The translations under genes were made by a program, and so were the position numbers. From the NCBI GenBank assembly GCA_964430745.1, contig CAYSHI010000063.1:1-57094 (forward strand): DNA of 57,094 bases. Direction: 5' to 3'. Of the stretch, positions 28,865 to 38,450 are shown piece after piece. The stretch's first letter is position 1. Each line of letters opens with the position of its first letter. The notes under the pieces are model-generated. The model saw nothing but the letters and a program-made list of their open reading frames with translations. It searched no databases and had not been told where the DNA came from. This DNA comes from an uncultured Acidobacteriota bacterium. GTDB taxonomy: Bacteria > Acidobacteriota > UBA890.

Positions 28865-30499
28865 CTACGACGATTGCGACTTGGCGAGGCGCCGCCTCTG
28901 TTCCTTGAAGAGCTTCTCGACGCGCTGCAGCGTATCGACATCATCGAGTCCGAGGTCGTGGCGGCGTCGGACGATACGGGGAAATCGCAGCGCGAAACCG
29001 CCGGCGTGGCGCAGACTGCGCTGAATTCCGTCGAAGGCAACCTCGAGGACGACCTCGGGCTGAACCTCCATTACTTCGCCGGAGCGCCGGGTGATGGTTG
29101 CCTTGAGGCGCTCGGTGAGGCCACGGATCTCCTCGTCCGTGAGGCCGCTGTAGGCCTTGCCTACGTCCAACAGGGCGCCGTCGTCCCCGCGCACGGCGAA
29201 CGTGAGATCCGAGAGCCATCCCGCGCGCTTGCCGCTGCCGTATTGGGCCGCCGTGATCACGACGTCGAGTGTGCCGAACGGACGCTTGACCTTGAGCCAC
29301 GCGCGCCCCCGCGTTCCGGGTTGGTAAGCGCTTCCCGGCGCTTTGAAAACGACTCCTTCGTGCCCCGCAGCCAGCGCGTCGTCGAGGTAACGCGTCACGT
29401 CGGCCGCGGCGTGCAACGTCTGGTGGTCGATCCGGCGCACCACGCCCTCGTTGCTCAAACGGCTCAGGATCTCCTTCCGTTCCCTGGCCGGCCGGTCGAT
29501 GAGGTCCTCACCGTCGGCACGCAGGACGTCGAACGCAACGTAGATCACCGGCACATCGAGCAGCATCGTGAGCGGCACCTGGCGCCGGCCCATGCGCTGC
29601 TGAAGTTGTGCGAAGGGCAGGGGGCCGTTTTCCCAGCCGACGATCTCGCCGTCCAGGATCCAGTCGTCGTCGAGCTCCCCGACGCCGTCCCCGAGCTCGG
29701 GAAACCAGTGCGTGATGTCGTCGAGGCCGCGCGAATAGATCCGGTGCTGTTTCCCGAGGCGGTGGAGTTGGGCGCGAATGCCGTCGAACTTGGGCTCGGC
29801 GAAGATGGGCGGCGGCAGATGATCGAGCACCTCGTCGGCGTCGGCCGCGGTGTGGGCAAGCATGCAGCGCACCGGGCGGAACGGCCGCAACCGGGTCCGC
29901 TCGAGCTCACCCGAACGGGCGCGCTCGGCCGCCAGGCCGATCTCGCCGAGCAGCATGTGGGCACGGCGCACGTCCTCGAGCGGGCGTCGATACGCCAGGG
30001 CGATGGCCTCTTCGACGCGGCCGGTCTGCATCCCCGTTCGCATCGAGCCGACCAGGAGCTTGGTCAGATACTTGGCCTCGAGGGGATCGGCCTGCTCGAA
30101 TAACCGGCGGAGCTCTCGTGTGCGCGCCGTGGCGGAAAGCGAGCCGAACCGGCCGAGAGCGGCGGCGACATCGATAACCGTCAGCCCGACGGAGTCGAGG
30201 CCGGTGCGGGCCTCGAGGAGAGAGGCGACGGCCGTGCCGAGGTCCCCGGTGGCGACGGCGCGGCGTCGAACGGCCTGCTCGGGCACGCCGCATTGCTCGG
30301 CCACGACGGTGGCGATGGCGGCGTTGCCGACGTTCGGGGCCAAGGAATCGGGGGGTAGGGGGGCGCCCGCGAGGAAGCGGGCGGCCACGGCGACCTCATC
30401 GCGGGGGCGCGAGGTCAGGTAAGCGGCGGCGCACTGCACCTTTCCCTCGACGCTGTCGAGGTGCGCCAGGGCTTCACAAGTGAGTGCGAAGGCGCGCAT
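28865..30499 (-). CDS. ATP-dependent DNA ligase (three-domain Lig I-like)
   Basis: The adenylation motif I is EPKFDGIRAQLH. Downstream motifs (LDGEIV, VAFDVL, EGVVFK, WLKVK) are colinear. The product is 544 aa. Confidence 0.9.
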   Translation of the reverse strand: MRAFALTCEALAHLDSVEGKVQCAAAYLTSRPRDEVAVAARFLAGAPLPPDSLAPNVGNAAIATVVAEQCGVPEQAVRRRAVATGDLGTAVASLLEARTGLDSVGLTVIDVAAALGRFGSLSATARTRELRRLFEQADPLEAKYLTKLLVGSMRTGMQTGRVEEAIALAYRRPLEDVRRAHMLLGEIGLAAERARSGELERTRLRPFRPVRCMLAHTAADADEVLDHLPPPIFAEPKFDGIRAQLHRLGKQHRIYSRGLDDITHWFPELGDGVGELDDDWILDGEIVGWENGPLPFAQLQQRMGRRQVPLTMLLDVPVIYVAFDVLRADGEDLIDRPARERKEILSRLSNEGVVRRIDHQTLHAAADVTRYLDDALAAGHEGVVFKAPGSAYQPGTRGRAWLKVKRPFGTLDVVITAAQYGSGKRAGWLSDLTFAVRGDDGALLDVGKAYSGLTDEEIRGLTERLKATITRRSGEVMEVQPEVVLEVAFDGIQRSLRHAGGFALRFPRIVRRRHDLGLDDVDTLQRVEKLFKEQRRRLAKSQSS

Positions 30500-30597
30500 C
30501 CCGGCAGTCTATCGCTAATGGCGACCGCGATCACGGGATCGGGGGGAAGGTCGAGGCGGTTGCGGTTCGCAGATGCCCCACTCGCTGCGAAGTCGCC

Positions 30598-31926
30598 TTA
30601 CTCGCCGCTTCCGGCCGGTACCGCGGGGCGGGCCGTCTGGCCCTGGCGCAACAGAGACATCCAACGATCGCGTTGCGAGCCGAACACCGACATGTGCTCC
30701 ACGGGAAGGGGGGCCGCCGCGGGGAAGTCGATCTTCAGCGGGTCGACGAACTCGCCCGCACGCTCGAGGCGATAGTCGAGGTGGGTGCTGGTGACGAGCC
30801 CGGTGCTACCGACGTAACCGATCACCTGTCCTTGCTCGACCTTGTCGCCGACGCTCAATCCTGCGGCGAATCCCCGCAGGTGCAGGTACCAGCTCGTGTA
30901 CGAGCCGCCGTGCCGGATCTTGACGTGGTTGCCGGCCTGCGAGTTGCGGCTGGCGTAGGTCACGGTGCCGGATGCCGTGGCGTGCACCGGGGTCCCCGCC
31001 GGTGCCACGTAGTCGACGCCGTAGTGTGGGCGTACGACGTTCAGGACAGGATGCATGCGCCGGTACGAAAACCTCGAAGAGATCCGCGAGTAGTTGACCG
31101 GTGAGCGGAGGAAGGCGCGCTGCAGCGATTCTCCCCGTGGCGTGAAATAGGTCACGGAGCCACCGGGGCGAGCGTAGCGGACTGCCTGATAGGCGCGACC
31201 GCCGACGCGGAGCTCGGCGGCGAGCACGTCGCCGAAACCGACGAACTCGCCCTCGAGGAACCGTTGCTCGACCATTACGTCGAGACTGTCGTTGACGCGA
31301 AGGTCGGCGGCGAAGTCGATGTCCCAGGCGAAGATGTCGGCCAGCTTGCGGGCAAGATCGATGGCGTCGCGTTGCTTGAGCCAGGTGCTGGACAACGCGC
31401 CCTCGAGACTGCCGCGGATATTCGCGTGCAGGAAGCGTGGGCGGATATCGAACGGTACGACGATATCCTTCGCAACCCAGCCTTCGCCGCTTCGGGCGAC
31501 CACGACCGCCCTTTGCTTCTCGGGCTGATAGCGAAACATGAGCAGCTCGTCGGCGTCATCGAAGTAGACCTTGTAGGGGCGGCCCGCGCGTATGCGGCGA
31601 ACGTCGAAATCCTCGGCGATGGCGCGCCCGACCTCGTGGACGAGCCCGGACGGCACGCCGGCTTGGCCGAGAACGCGAGCGAATGTCGTGCCGGGGCGAA
31701 ACTCACCTTCGACCGTGCGGTCGGCGTGGGCCGCGAGCGACAGGGGCCACTCCGGTGGCAGATCGGGGACGACGTGAGCTACCGTCGAACCAACCTGTGG
31801 CGCCACGGTGCCCCGGGCGGTTTCCGAAGGAAGGAGGTTCGAAAGCGGAACCGTCGCCAGGGCAACGGCCGCGAAAAAAGAAGCCGCAACCGCGGGGCGG
31901 CGTTTGACGAAAAGCGTGAAGCGCAT
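30598..31926 (-). CDS. M23 family metallopeptidase
   Basis: HYGVDYVAPAGTPVHATASG...GNHVKIRHGGSYTSWYLHL...GYVGSTGLVTSTHLDY contains HxxxD and HxH. A signal/TM segment lies at the N-terminus. Confidence 0.9.
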   Translation of the reverse strand: MRFTLFVKRRPAVAASFFAAVALATVPLSNLLPSETARGTVAPQVGSTVAHVVPDLPPEWPLSLAAHADRTVEGEFRPGTTFARVLGQAGVPSGLVHEVGRAIAEDFDVRRIRAGRPYKVYFDDADELLMFRYQPEKQRAVVVARSGEGWVAKDIVVPFDIRPRFLHANIRGSLEGALSSTWLKQRDAIDLARKLADIFAWDIDFAADLRVNDSLDVMVEQRFLEGEFVGFGDVLAAELRVGGRAYQAVRYARPGGSVTYFTPRGESLQRAFLRSPVNYSRISSRFSYRRMHPVLNVVRPHYGVDYVAPAGTPVHATASGTVTYASRNSQAGNHVKIRHGGSYTSWYLHLRGFAAGLSVGDKVEQGQVIGYVGSTGLVTSTHLDYRLERAGEFVDPLKIDFPAAAPLPVEHMSVFGSQRDRWMSLLRQGQTARPAVPAGSGE

Positions 31927-32071
31927 CGAGACGGAAGATGCCTTTGGTAATGGGGCCTGGGCGGGATAGCAGATGGGGAGCCCCGCGGTCGCCGAACTTT
32001 AAAACGATGCGGACATGCACGCAAGCTCGAACTGAGGCGTGTGAGCCCACGCACACCTCGTCATAAGGCGC

Positions 32072-32101
32072 TTGCAACAGGTTCTCGTGGATTGCTATAA
32101 A
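32072..32101 (+). promoter_or_regulatory. sigma70-like promoter candidate for the SLT/LysM gene
   Basis: TTGCAA (32072-77), an 18-nt spacer, then TATAAA (32096-32101). The site is about 35 nt upstream of the ATG at 32136. Confidence 0.3.
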
Positions 32102-32135
32102 CGTCGTATTGGCAAGTACTTGGGGTGGAGAGGGG

Positions 32136-33488
32136 ATGAGGCACGGTCGGGTAGGGGTGAGGCTGATCGGCGTGGCGGTCATCGCCATGGCGATGGGGGC
32201 GGGAACCGGCTCGTTCGCGGTCACCTCCGCGACCATCACCGCCGCCTCCGCGACCATCGCCGTCAACTCCGCGACCACTGCCCCGCCGAAGGTACTGCCG
32301 GCGTCGACGATGCAACAGGGCGGCCAGACGCCGTCCACCGTGCCTGCCGCCGTCATCGATCCGGCATCGTTCGAGCTCACGGATCTTTCGCCGGGGTTTC
32401 TCGGCCTTTACCGCAAGGTGATGGAGATCGAGGACCGTATCCGCCGGCACGCGGACGCCTACGGTCTGGACTATGACCTCGCCCGCGCCGTGTGTCTGTA
32501 CGAGTCGGGTGGAAACGCCCGTCTGACATCGTGGGCAGGAGCCGAGGGTTACTTTCAGGTCATGCCCGCCACGCAGCGGCTGCTCGCGGTCGACGACAAC
32601 ATCGAGGCCGGCATCAAGTACCTGGCCCAGCTCGTCGATCGTTTCGAGCGCGAGGATTACGCGCTGGCCGGGTACAACGGCGGGCCCGCCACGGTCGGCC
32701 GAAACCGCCCCATGCGACTCGAGTCGCTGCAATACGTCATCGGGGTCGGCCACTACCGCATGATGCTCAAGCTCTACGAGGAACCCATTCGCCGGCACGC
32801 GGCGCGCCTGCAACTCGAGGTCGCACGCGAGGGCGACACATGGTGGTCGGTCGCCCAACGCCTGCGGATTCCACTGTTGCAACTTCGGCTGTACAACCCC
32901 TACATCGGGATCCGTGAGCTGCAGCCGGGGTTCCTGATCGCGCATCCGGGAGAGGTGCGCTCCGATCTCTATGATGTCCGCGACGACGCCATCTACTATC
33001 GCACCCGAATCGGCGACAACTACTTCGGTGTTGCCTTCGCCTTCGACGTTCCGCTCGACGCGGTGCGCGACGAAAACCAGCTCTGGCACCTGCAGACGCT
33101 GCCGCCGGGAATGGACCTGAGACTTCCGCTCTCGTGGGAGCCTGACGAGGGAGAAGACGACGAGGAAGAGCCCGAGATTGTGGCGCATGTCATCGCGACA
33201 GGGGACAGCATCGACACGGTTGCGTCGCAGTTCGAGACCTCGCCTTGGCGGGTGATCCGCGACAACCACTTGTGGTCGCAGCAGCTGCCGCCCGCGGGAA
33301 CGAGCATCAACATCACCATCGAGCCGGTCGAGCCCGAGTTCACGGCGCACACGGTGCGCCGGGGCGAGAACCTCACGATCATCGCCAACCGCTACGGCAC
33401 CTCGGTGCGGGCGATCCAGGATGCCAACAACATGGGTAGCCGCACCGTGATTCGCATCGGCCAGCAACTGCTGGTGCCGGCGCGCTGA
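32136..33488 (+). CDS. lytic transglycosylase (SLT domain) with four LysM repeats
   Basis: The SLT catalytic block reads CLYESGGNARLTSWAGAEGYFQVMP. Four LysM-like repeats follow (e.g. HTVRRGENLTIIANRYGTSVRAIQDANNM). The ATG at 32136 is preceded by GGAGAGG. Confidence 0.85.
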   Translation: MRHGRVGVRLIGVAVIAMAMGAGTGSFAVTSATITAASATIAVNSATTAPPKVLPASTMQQGGQTPSTVPAAVIDPASFELTDLSPGFLGLYRKVMEIEDRIRRHADAYGLDYDLARAVCLYESGGNARLTSWAGAEGYFQVMPATQRLLAVDDNIEAGIKYLAQLVDRFEREDYALAGYNGGPATVGRNRPMRLESLQYVIGVGHYRMMLKLYEEPIRRHAARLQLEVAREGDTWWSVAQRLRIPLLQLRLYNPYIGIRELQPGFLIAHPGEVRSDLYDVRDDAIYYRTRIGDNYFGVAFAFDVPLDAVRDENQLWHLQTLPPGMDLRLPLSWEPDEGEDDEEEPEIVAHVIATGDSIDTVASQFETSPWRVIRDNHLWSQQLPPAGTSINITIEPVEPEFTAHTVRRGENLTIIANRYGTSVRAIQDANNMGSRTVIRIGQQLLVPAR

Positions 33489-33666
33489 GCCCGACGCTTA
33501 CCCGTAGCCGGGGCCGTCGAGCCGCAACCTTTCACGGCGAGCCTGGCGGGGTGTGCGAGACTCAGGTGTCTTCCGGCCGTTTCGAGATAATGATTCTTAT
33601 GGAAACTTTTAGATATGGGCGCCGAACCGGCTTTCGGGCGCGGATCGCGGCCTTCCTGCCCCCTTC

Positions 33667-35109
33667 ATGAGTGCTCGCGGGCGTTCGGCCCTCTGGGCGC
33701 TGCTGCTGGCCTCCTGGGTGCCCGCCTGCGGCCCCGCTTCACCTGACGTGCCGCCGATGTCCGGAGGAATCCAGGTGAACGAGCCGGATCACGACGTCTG
33801 GTCGGCAGCGCTCGCCGCCCGCGGCCTCGACGCCGTTCAGGTGACGCTCTACGCCCGGCAGATGGCCTGGGATTCGGCGGAGATGATCATTCCCGACGAA
33901 GCTCCATCCGTGATCAGTGAGATCCGAGCCGCGCAGCGCGCCGGACTGCGGGTCACGCTCGTGCTTCGAGTCGCCCTCGAGCAAGGTCTGGAAAGCAACC
34001 GGCATTTCTGGCACGGCATGATCTGGCCGGACGAGACGGAGGTCGACGACTGGTTCGCGCATTATCGTGAATTCGCGCTCTGGGGGGCGCGCCTCGCCCG
34101 CGAGGAAGGCGTCGATATGCTGGCGGTCGGCAGCGAGCTGAACTCGATGACCTCCACGGCCGCGGTAGCCGCCCTACCCGATCTCTACGGCTATTTTCTG
34201 GATCCCGAACGGACGGCAACGGTACGCGACCGGTTGGTCGAGTGCGCGGCCGACGTTCCCCCGGAGCTGCTCGCACCCGAGCTGCGGTTCACGGATGGCG
34301 GCGAATACGAGACGCTACAGTCCTATTTAATGGCCCAGGAGGAGGCCGATCGCCGCTGGACCCGTCACATCACCGGTGCGGAGCGCGCGGAGGAGGTCGA
34401 CCTGGCCGTCCTCAACCGCCGGCGGCGACGCTACGATGATAACTGGCGCGCCCTTATCGCGGAGGTGCGCGGCATCTACGGCGGCCCTCTCAGCTACGCG
34501 GCTAACTTCGACCAGGTCGCGGAGGTCGGGTTCTGGGATGCTCTCGATGCCATCGGCGTCAACGCTTACTTTCCCCTCAGCCGTTGGGGCCTTGCGGGCG
34601 ACCGCCTCGAGAGCGAGCTGAACGGCAGTTGGTTGCGGATCGCGGGCGAGCTGAATGGGCTCGCAGATGCATACGGCGGGCCGGCACGGGTTCTGCCGGT
34701 GATCCTGTTCGAGCTGGGATGGACGCGGAAGGCCGGGAGCACGGTGCGACCGTTCTCGTATCAGCGCGTGGAGGCGCTCGAAACGGTCGACGAGCTCGGC
34801 GCGCCGTCCGCGTTGACCTGCGTGCACTGGGCGAGTCAACCGGAAGATCCGCTCGAACGCGTGGCCGCGCTCGCTGCGCTCGACGCCGTCGTGGAGCAGG
34901 GGGGCTTCCCTACCCTACGTGGGTTCACCCTGTGGAAACTTTCAACGAATCCCACGCATCGTCCGATCGAGCCCTTCGTTGTCGTCCTTCCGCGGGCGGC
35001 GGAAATCGTCGATGCCGAAAACGTCGCTGACCGGGCCGATCGCGCCTATCTCGACATAGCCGCCCGGCTTGCCGCCCGCCTGCGTGCCTCGGCAGTCGCC
35101 GACCGGTGA
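33667..35109 (+). CDS. putative lipoprotein, possibly a TIM-barrel glycoside-hydrolase-like protein
   Basis: The signal peptide carries a lipobox (SWVPAC). An AVGSELN block is reminiscent of clan GH-A catalytic Asn-Glu. The family was not firmly recognised. Confidence 0.5.
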   Translation: MSARGRSALWALLLASWVPACGPASPDVPPMSGGIQVNEPDHDVWSAALAARGLDAVQVTLYARQMAWDSAEMIIPDEAPSVISEIRAAQRAGLRVTLVLRVALEQGLESNRHFWHGMIWPDETEVDDWFAHYREFALWGARLAREEGVDMLAVGSELNSMTSTAAVAALPDLYGYFLDPERTATVRDRLVECAADVPPELLAPELRFTDGGEYETLQSYLMAQEEADRRWTRHITGAERAEEVDLAVLNRRRRRYDDNWRALIAEVRGIYGGPLSYAANFDQVAEVGFWDALDAIGVNAYFPLSRWGLAGDRLESELNGSWLRIAGELNGLADAYGGPARVLPVILFELGWTRKAGSTVRPFSYQRVEALETVDELGAPSALTCVHWASQPEDPLERVAALAALDAVVEQGGFPTLRGFTLWKLSTNPTHRPIEPFVVVLPRAAEIVDAENVADRADRAYLDIAARLAARLRASAVADR

Positions 35110-35118
35110 GCGTATAAT
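35089..35118 (+). promoter_or_regulatory. sigma70-like promoter candidate for the cytochrome c gene
   Basis: TCGGCA (35089-94), an 18-nt spacer, then a perfect TATAAT (35113-18). Confidence 0.3.
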
Positions 35119-35217
35119 CGGCGCCGCGTCCCGGAGCGCACCGATGCACGATCCCCGAGGTCGTATCGCGCGACCCATCCGAGAGTCGTCTAAATCGAGA
35201 GACGGAGAGATCAGTCG

Positions 35218-35637
35218 ATGTTTCAGCGAGCCGCCGTTGTGACACGAGTCGTTAGCGTCCTTACCGTGGTTGCCGCATGTACGGCTTTCGCGTTCGTTGG
35301 GGCTGCCGACCAGCCCGCCGCGCAGGAACCGGATCCGCAGGTCATCGAGCAAGGCAAGAACGTGTACGTCGATCAGTGCCAGTCGTGCCACGGCGCGGAG
35401 GGCAAAGGTGACGGGCCCGCCGCTCGATTCCTCGATCCTCCGCCTCGCGATCTCGCGATGGGTGATTGGCAGCACGCGGCCGACGGCACCGTGGTAGCGG
35501 TGGCCGAGGTGATCACGAAGGGCGTCGACGACACCGGTATGACGCCGTTCGAGGGCACACTTTCGGACGAGGAGATCGCCGCGGTAGCCAGTTACGTCGT
35601 TCACGTCCTGGTCACGGGAGGCGCCGAGCGGCGCTGA
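35218..35637 (+). CDS. class I c-type cytochrome
   Basis: A signal peptide is followed by the haem-binding motif CQSCH and a distal Met (GMTPF). Confidence 0.85.
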   Translation: MFQRAAVVTRVVSVLTVVAACTAFAFVGAADQPAAQEPDPQVIEQGKNVYVDQCQSCHGAEGKGDGPAARFLDPPPRDLAMGDWQHAADGTVVAVAEVITKGVDDTGMTPFEGTLSDEEIAAVASYVVHVLVTGGAERR

Positions 35638-35836
35638 TCCTGCGTCGAAGGTGATCCGGCGCTCGACACCGATCCGCACCAAGGGTCTTGACAGGCGCCG
35701 CGGCGCCTGGACACAATAACGAAGTTGCGCGCGTCCTTAACTCTTGCGCGCGGCGGACCCCTCACCTTTCGAGTTCGCGGTCCGCCAACCCTTGTGTTCC
35801 TATGCACTCCATTTCCCTCACACAGGTCTGTGTCCC

Positions 35837-37249
35837 ATGAACGAGCGCAGGCGCCGTCCGCGTCGTCGTCGCGGTCGCCGCGGTAACCGCACCCAGCAGC
35901 CAACAAACAAACAACCACAGCAGGGCAAGCAGCCCGGACCGGAGATGATGGTCGACGAGGAGCCGGATGCCGTCCTCGAAGGCCTGCATTCGGTCTCCGA
36001 TCTGATCGACATGCGTCCCGCCGAGCTTTTGGAGGTCGCCCAGGAGGTAGGCTGCGCCGACAAAGCGGCGGAGCTGACCCAGACCAACCTGGTCTTCGAG
36101 ATCCTCAAGGTACAGGCCACCGACAACGGCTTCCTGTATAGCGAAGGTGTCCTCGAGGTTCTGCCGGATGGTTACGGCTTCCTGCGAGCTCCCGATTTCT
36201 CCTACCTGCCCGGGACCGACGATGTCTACGTTTCCCCGTCGCAGATCCGCAAGTTCGCCCTGCGGACCGGAGACACGCTGTCGGGTACGATCCGCAAGCC
36301 GAAGCCCGGCGAGAAGTACTTCGCCCTGGTTCGCGTCGACGCCATCAACTTCGATCCGCCGGGCATGGCCCAGCAGCGCAAGCGCTTCAAGAACCTCACG
36401 CCGTTGCATCCGGAGGATCGCATCCGGCTCGAGCTCGGCAAGGACGAGATCGCGTCGCGGGTGCTTGACCTGCTGACGCCGCTCGGCTTCGGCCAGCGCG
36501 CCATCATCGTGTCGCCCCCGCGCGCGGGGAAGACGTTGCTGCTCCAGACCATTGCCCGTTCGCTGGAAGCCAATCATCCGGATGCATACGTGATCGTCTT
36601 GTTGATCGACGAGCGCCCGGAAGAGGTGACGGACATGCAGCGCACGGTCGCCGGCGAGGTCGTCGCCTCTACCTTCGATGAGCCGTCGACGCGCCACGTG
36701 GCCGTCGGTGAGATCGTCATGGAGAAAGCGCGACGTCTCGTCGAGCATGGCATCGACGTGGTGATCTTGCTCGACTCGCTCACGCGCCTGGCGCGCGCAC
36801 ACAACACGGTGACGCCGGCTTCCGGTCGTGTGCTCACCGGTGGTGTGGATGCCAACGCCCTGGAGAAGCCGAAGAAGTTCTTCGGTTCCGCCCGTAACAT
36901 CGAAGAGGGCGGCAGCCTGACGATCATCGCCACCGCGCTGGTCGAGACCGGGTCGCGCATGGACGAGGTGATCTTCGAGGAGTTCAAGGGTACCGGTAAC
37001 TCCGAAGTCGTCCTCGACCGCAGGCTGGCGGACAAGCGCATCTTCCCTGCCATCGATATCAATCGATCGGGCACCCGCAAGGAAGAGCTGCTGCTGGAGC
37101 CGGATGAGCTGCAGCGCGTGTGGATGCTGCGTAAGGCGCTCGCGGCCGTACAATCCGATGAGGCCATGGAGCTTCTCATCAAGCGCCTCGGCCAGACGAA
37201 GAACAACGAGGAGTTCCTCACCACGCTGAGCGAGACGGGAGTTTCCTGA
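35837..37249 (+). CDS. rho: transcription termination factor Rho with an Arg/Gln-rich N-terminal extension
   Basis: [14 protein letters not shown]..., Walker A SPPRAGKT, and colinear Q/R loops. The ATG at 35837 gives [16 protein letters not shown]... Confidence 0.95.
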   Translation: MNERRRRPRRRRGRRGNRTQQPTNKQPQQGKQPGPEMMVDEEPDAVLEGLHSVSDLIDMRPAELLEVAQEVGCADKAAELTQTNLVFEILKVQATDNGFLYSEGVLEVLPDGYGFLRAPDFSYLPGTDDVYVSPSQIRKFALRTGDTLSGTIRKPKPGEKYFALVRVDAINFDPPGMAQQRKRFKNLTPLHPEDRIRLELGKDEIASRVLDLLTPLGFGQRAIIVSPPRAGKTLLLQTIARSLEANHPDAYVIVLLIDERPEEVTDMQRTVAGEVVASTFDEPSTRHVAVGEIVMEKARRLVEHGIDVVILLDSLTRLARAHNTVTPASGRVLTGGVDANALEKPKKFFGSARNIEEGGSLTIIATALVETGSRMDEVIFEEFKGTGNSEVVLDRRLADKRIFPAIDINRSGTRKEELLLEPDELQRVWMLRKALAAVQSDEAMELLIKRLGQTKNNEEFLTTLSETGVS

Positions 37250-37277
37250 CCTCGCCGGCAGCGGAGCGCGTCGCCTG

Positions 37278-37832
37278 ATGGCCTGGATCCGCGAAATCAT
37301 GCCGCCGGACGCCGACGAGCGGTTGGCGTCCATCTACGATCGCGTCGGCGAGCCCGACGGCAGCGTCGATCACATCCTGCGGATTCACGGCCTGCATCCA
37401 CGTTGCCTGGAGGAGCACTACGACCTCTACATCACGACGATGAAGAGGAGCTCTCCCCTGTCGCGCACGCGCCGCGAGATGGTCGCCGTCGTGGTCTCGG
37501 CTCTCAACGAGTGCCACTACTGACTGACCCACCACGCGGAGGGTCTCCGGCGACTGTGCAAGGACGACGCGCTGGTGGCCGGGCTATCGCGAGACTTTCG
37601 CGATGTGCAGTTGGAGCCCGCTGACCGCGCCATGCTGGAGTTCGTCGCCAAGTTGACGCTCGAGCCGCAACGAATGGAACGGGATGACGTCGAGAGGCTT
37701 CGCGCCGAAGAGTTCGACGATCGTTCGATTCATGACATCGTCCTCGTGGCGGCCTACTACGCGTTCGTGAATCGGATCGCCGACGGGCTCGGTGTCGATC
37801 TCGAGCCCGGATGGACGGGGGACGTCTCGTGA
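37278..37832 (+). CDS. AhpD/carboxymuconolactone-decarboxylase-fold peroxidase-related protein with an in-frame TGA (37521-37523); probable selenocysteine
   Basis: Two same-frame ORFs (37278..37523 and 37575..37832) are separated only by one TGA. The read-through motif is SALNECHY-U-LTHH, compared with the family consensus N-x-C-x-Y-C-x-x-H-H. Confidence 0.7.
37535..37552 (+). promoter_or_regulatory. candidate bacterial SECIS hairpin
   Basis: cgcggag-ggu-cuccg(g)cg forms 7 bp with one bulged G and a GGU apical loop. The loop lies about 20 nt 3' of the UGA. Confidence 0.4.
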
Positions 37833-38392
37833 TCCCAGCGGCGGCGGTACTGATCGCGGTGGGAGCCTGGGTGATCTGGCTCTACAACCGATTCGTCGGG
37901 CTGCAGCAGCGGTCCGAGCAGGCGTTTTCGGACATCGATGCACAGTTGAAGCGACGCCACGACCTCGTCCCGGCACTGGTGGAGACCGTCAAGGGGTATG
38001 CCGGGCACGAGAAGAACACGCTCGAAGAGGTCGTTCGGCGGCGCGGAGAAGCCACTTCGATGGAGGGCGGCACCGCTCCCAGCGGCGGACAGGTGCGCGC
38101 CGAGAATTTCCTCGCTCAGGCTTTGCGCGGCGTTTTTGCGCTGGCCGAGGCCTACCCCGACCTGAAGGCCAGCGAGCGATTCGCCGGTCTGCAATCCGAG
38201 CTGGCGGTGATCGAGGACGACCTGCAGAACGCGCGGCGCTACTACAACGCCGTCGTGCGCGATCTGAATACCACGATCGCGGCCTTTCCCAACCTTCTCG
38301 TGGCGCGGGTCTTCGGCTTCGATCGACGCGACTTCTTCGAGCTCGACAGCCCGCTGGAGCGCGACGCGGCCAAGGTGGACCTCGGTGTATAG
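37829..38392 (+). CDS. lemA: LemA family membrane protein
   Basis: An N-terminal TM segment is followed by YNRFVGLQQRSEQAFSDIDAQLKRRHDLVPALVETVKGYAGHE. The GTG at 37829 overlaps the upstream stop (GTGA). An ATG at 37811 is the alternative. Confidence 0.9.
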   Translation: MIPAAAVLIAVGAWVIWLYNRFVGLQQRSEQAFSDIDAQLKRRHDLVPALVETVKGYAGHEKNTLEEVVRRRGEATSMEGGTAPSGGQVRAENFLAQALRGVFALAEAYPDLKASERFAGLQSELAVIEDDLQNARRYYNAVVRDLNTTIAAFPNLLVARVFGFDRRDFFELDSPLERDAAKVDLGV

Positions 38393-38450
38393 ACAAGCGG
38401 ATGTAGGCGGCATTTCGGTGGGTGACGTCACGCCCTCGTCGCGGTCATCG

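Noticed and set aside
35744-35836. Upstream extension of the rho ORF (start at 35744) and of the nusB ORF (start at 9313).
   Set aside because: The extensions have non-coding-like composition or overlap the preceding gene (ribH). Good ATG starts exist at 35837, and at 9412 preceded by GGAGGA.
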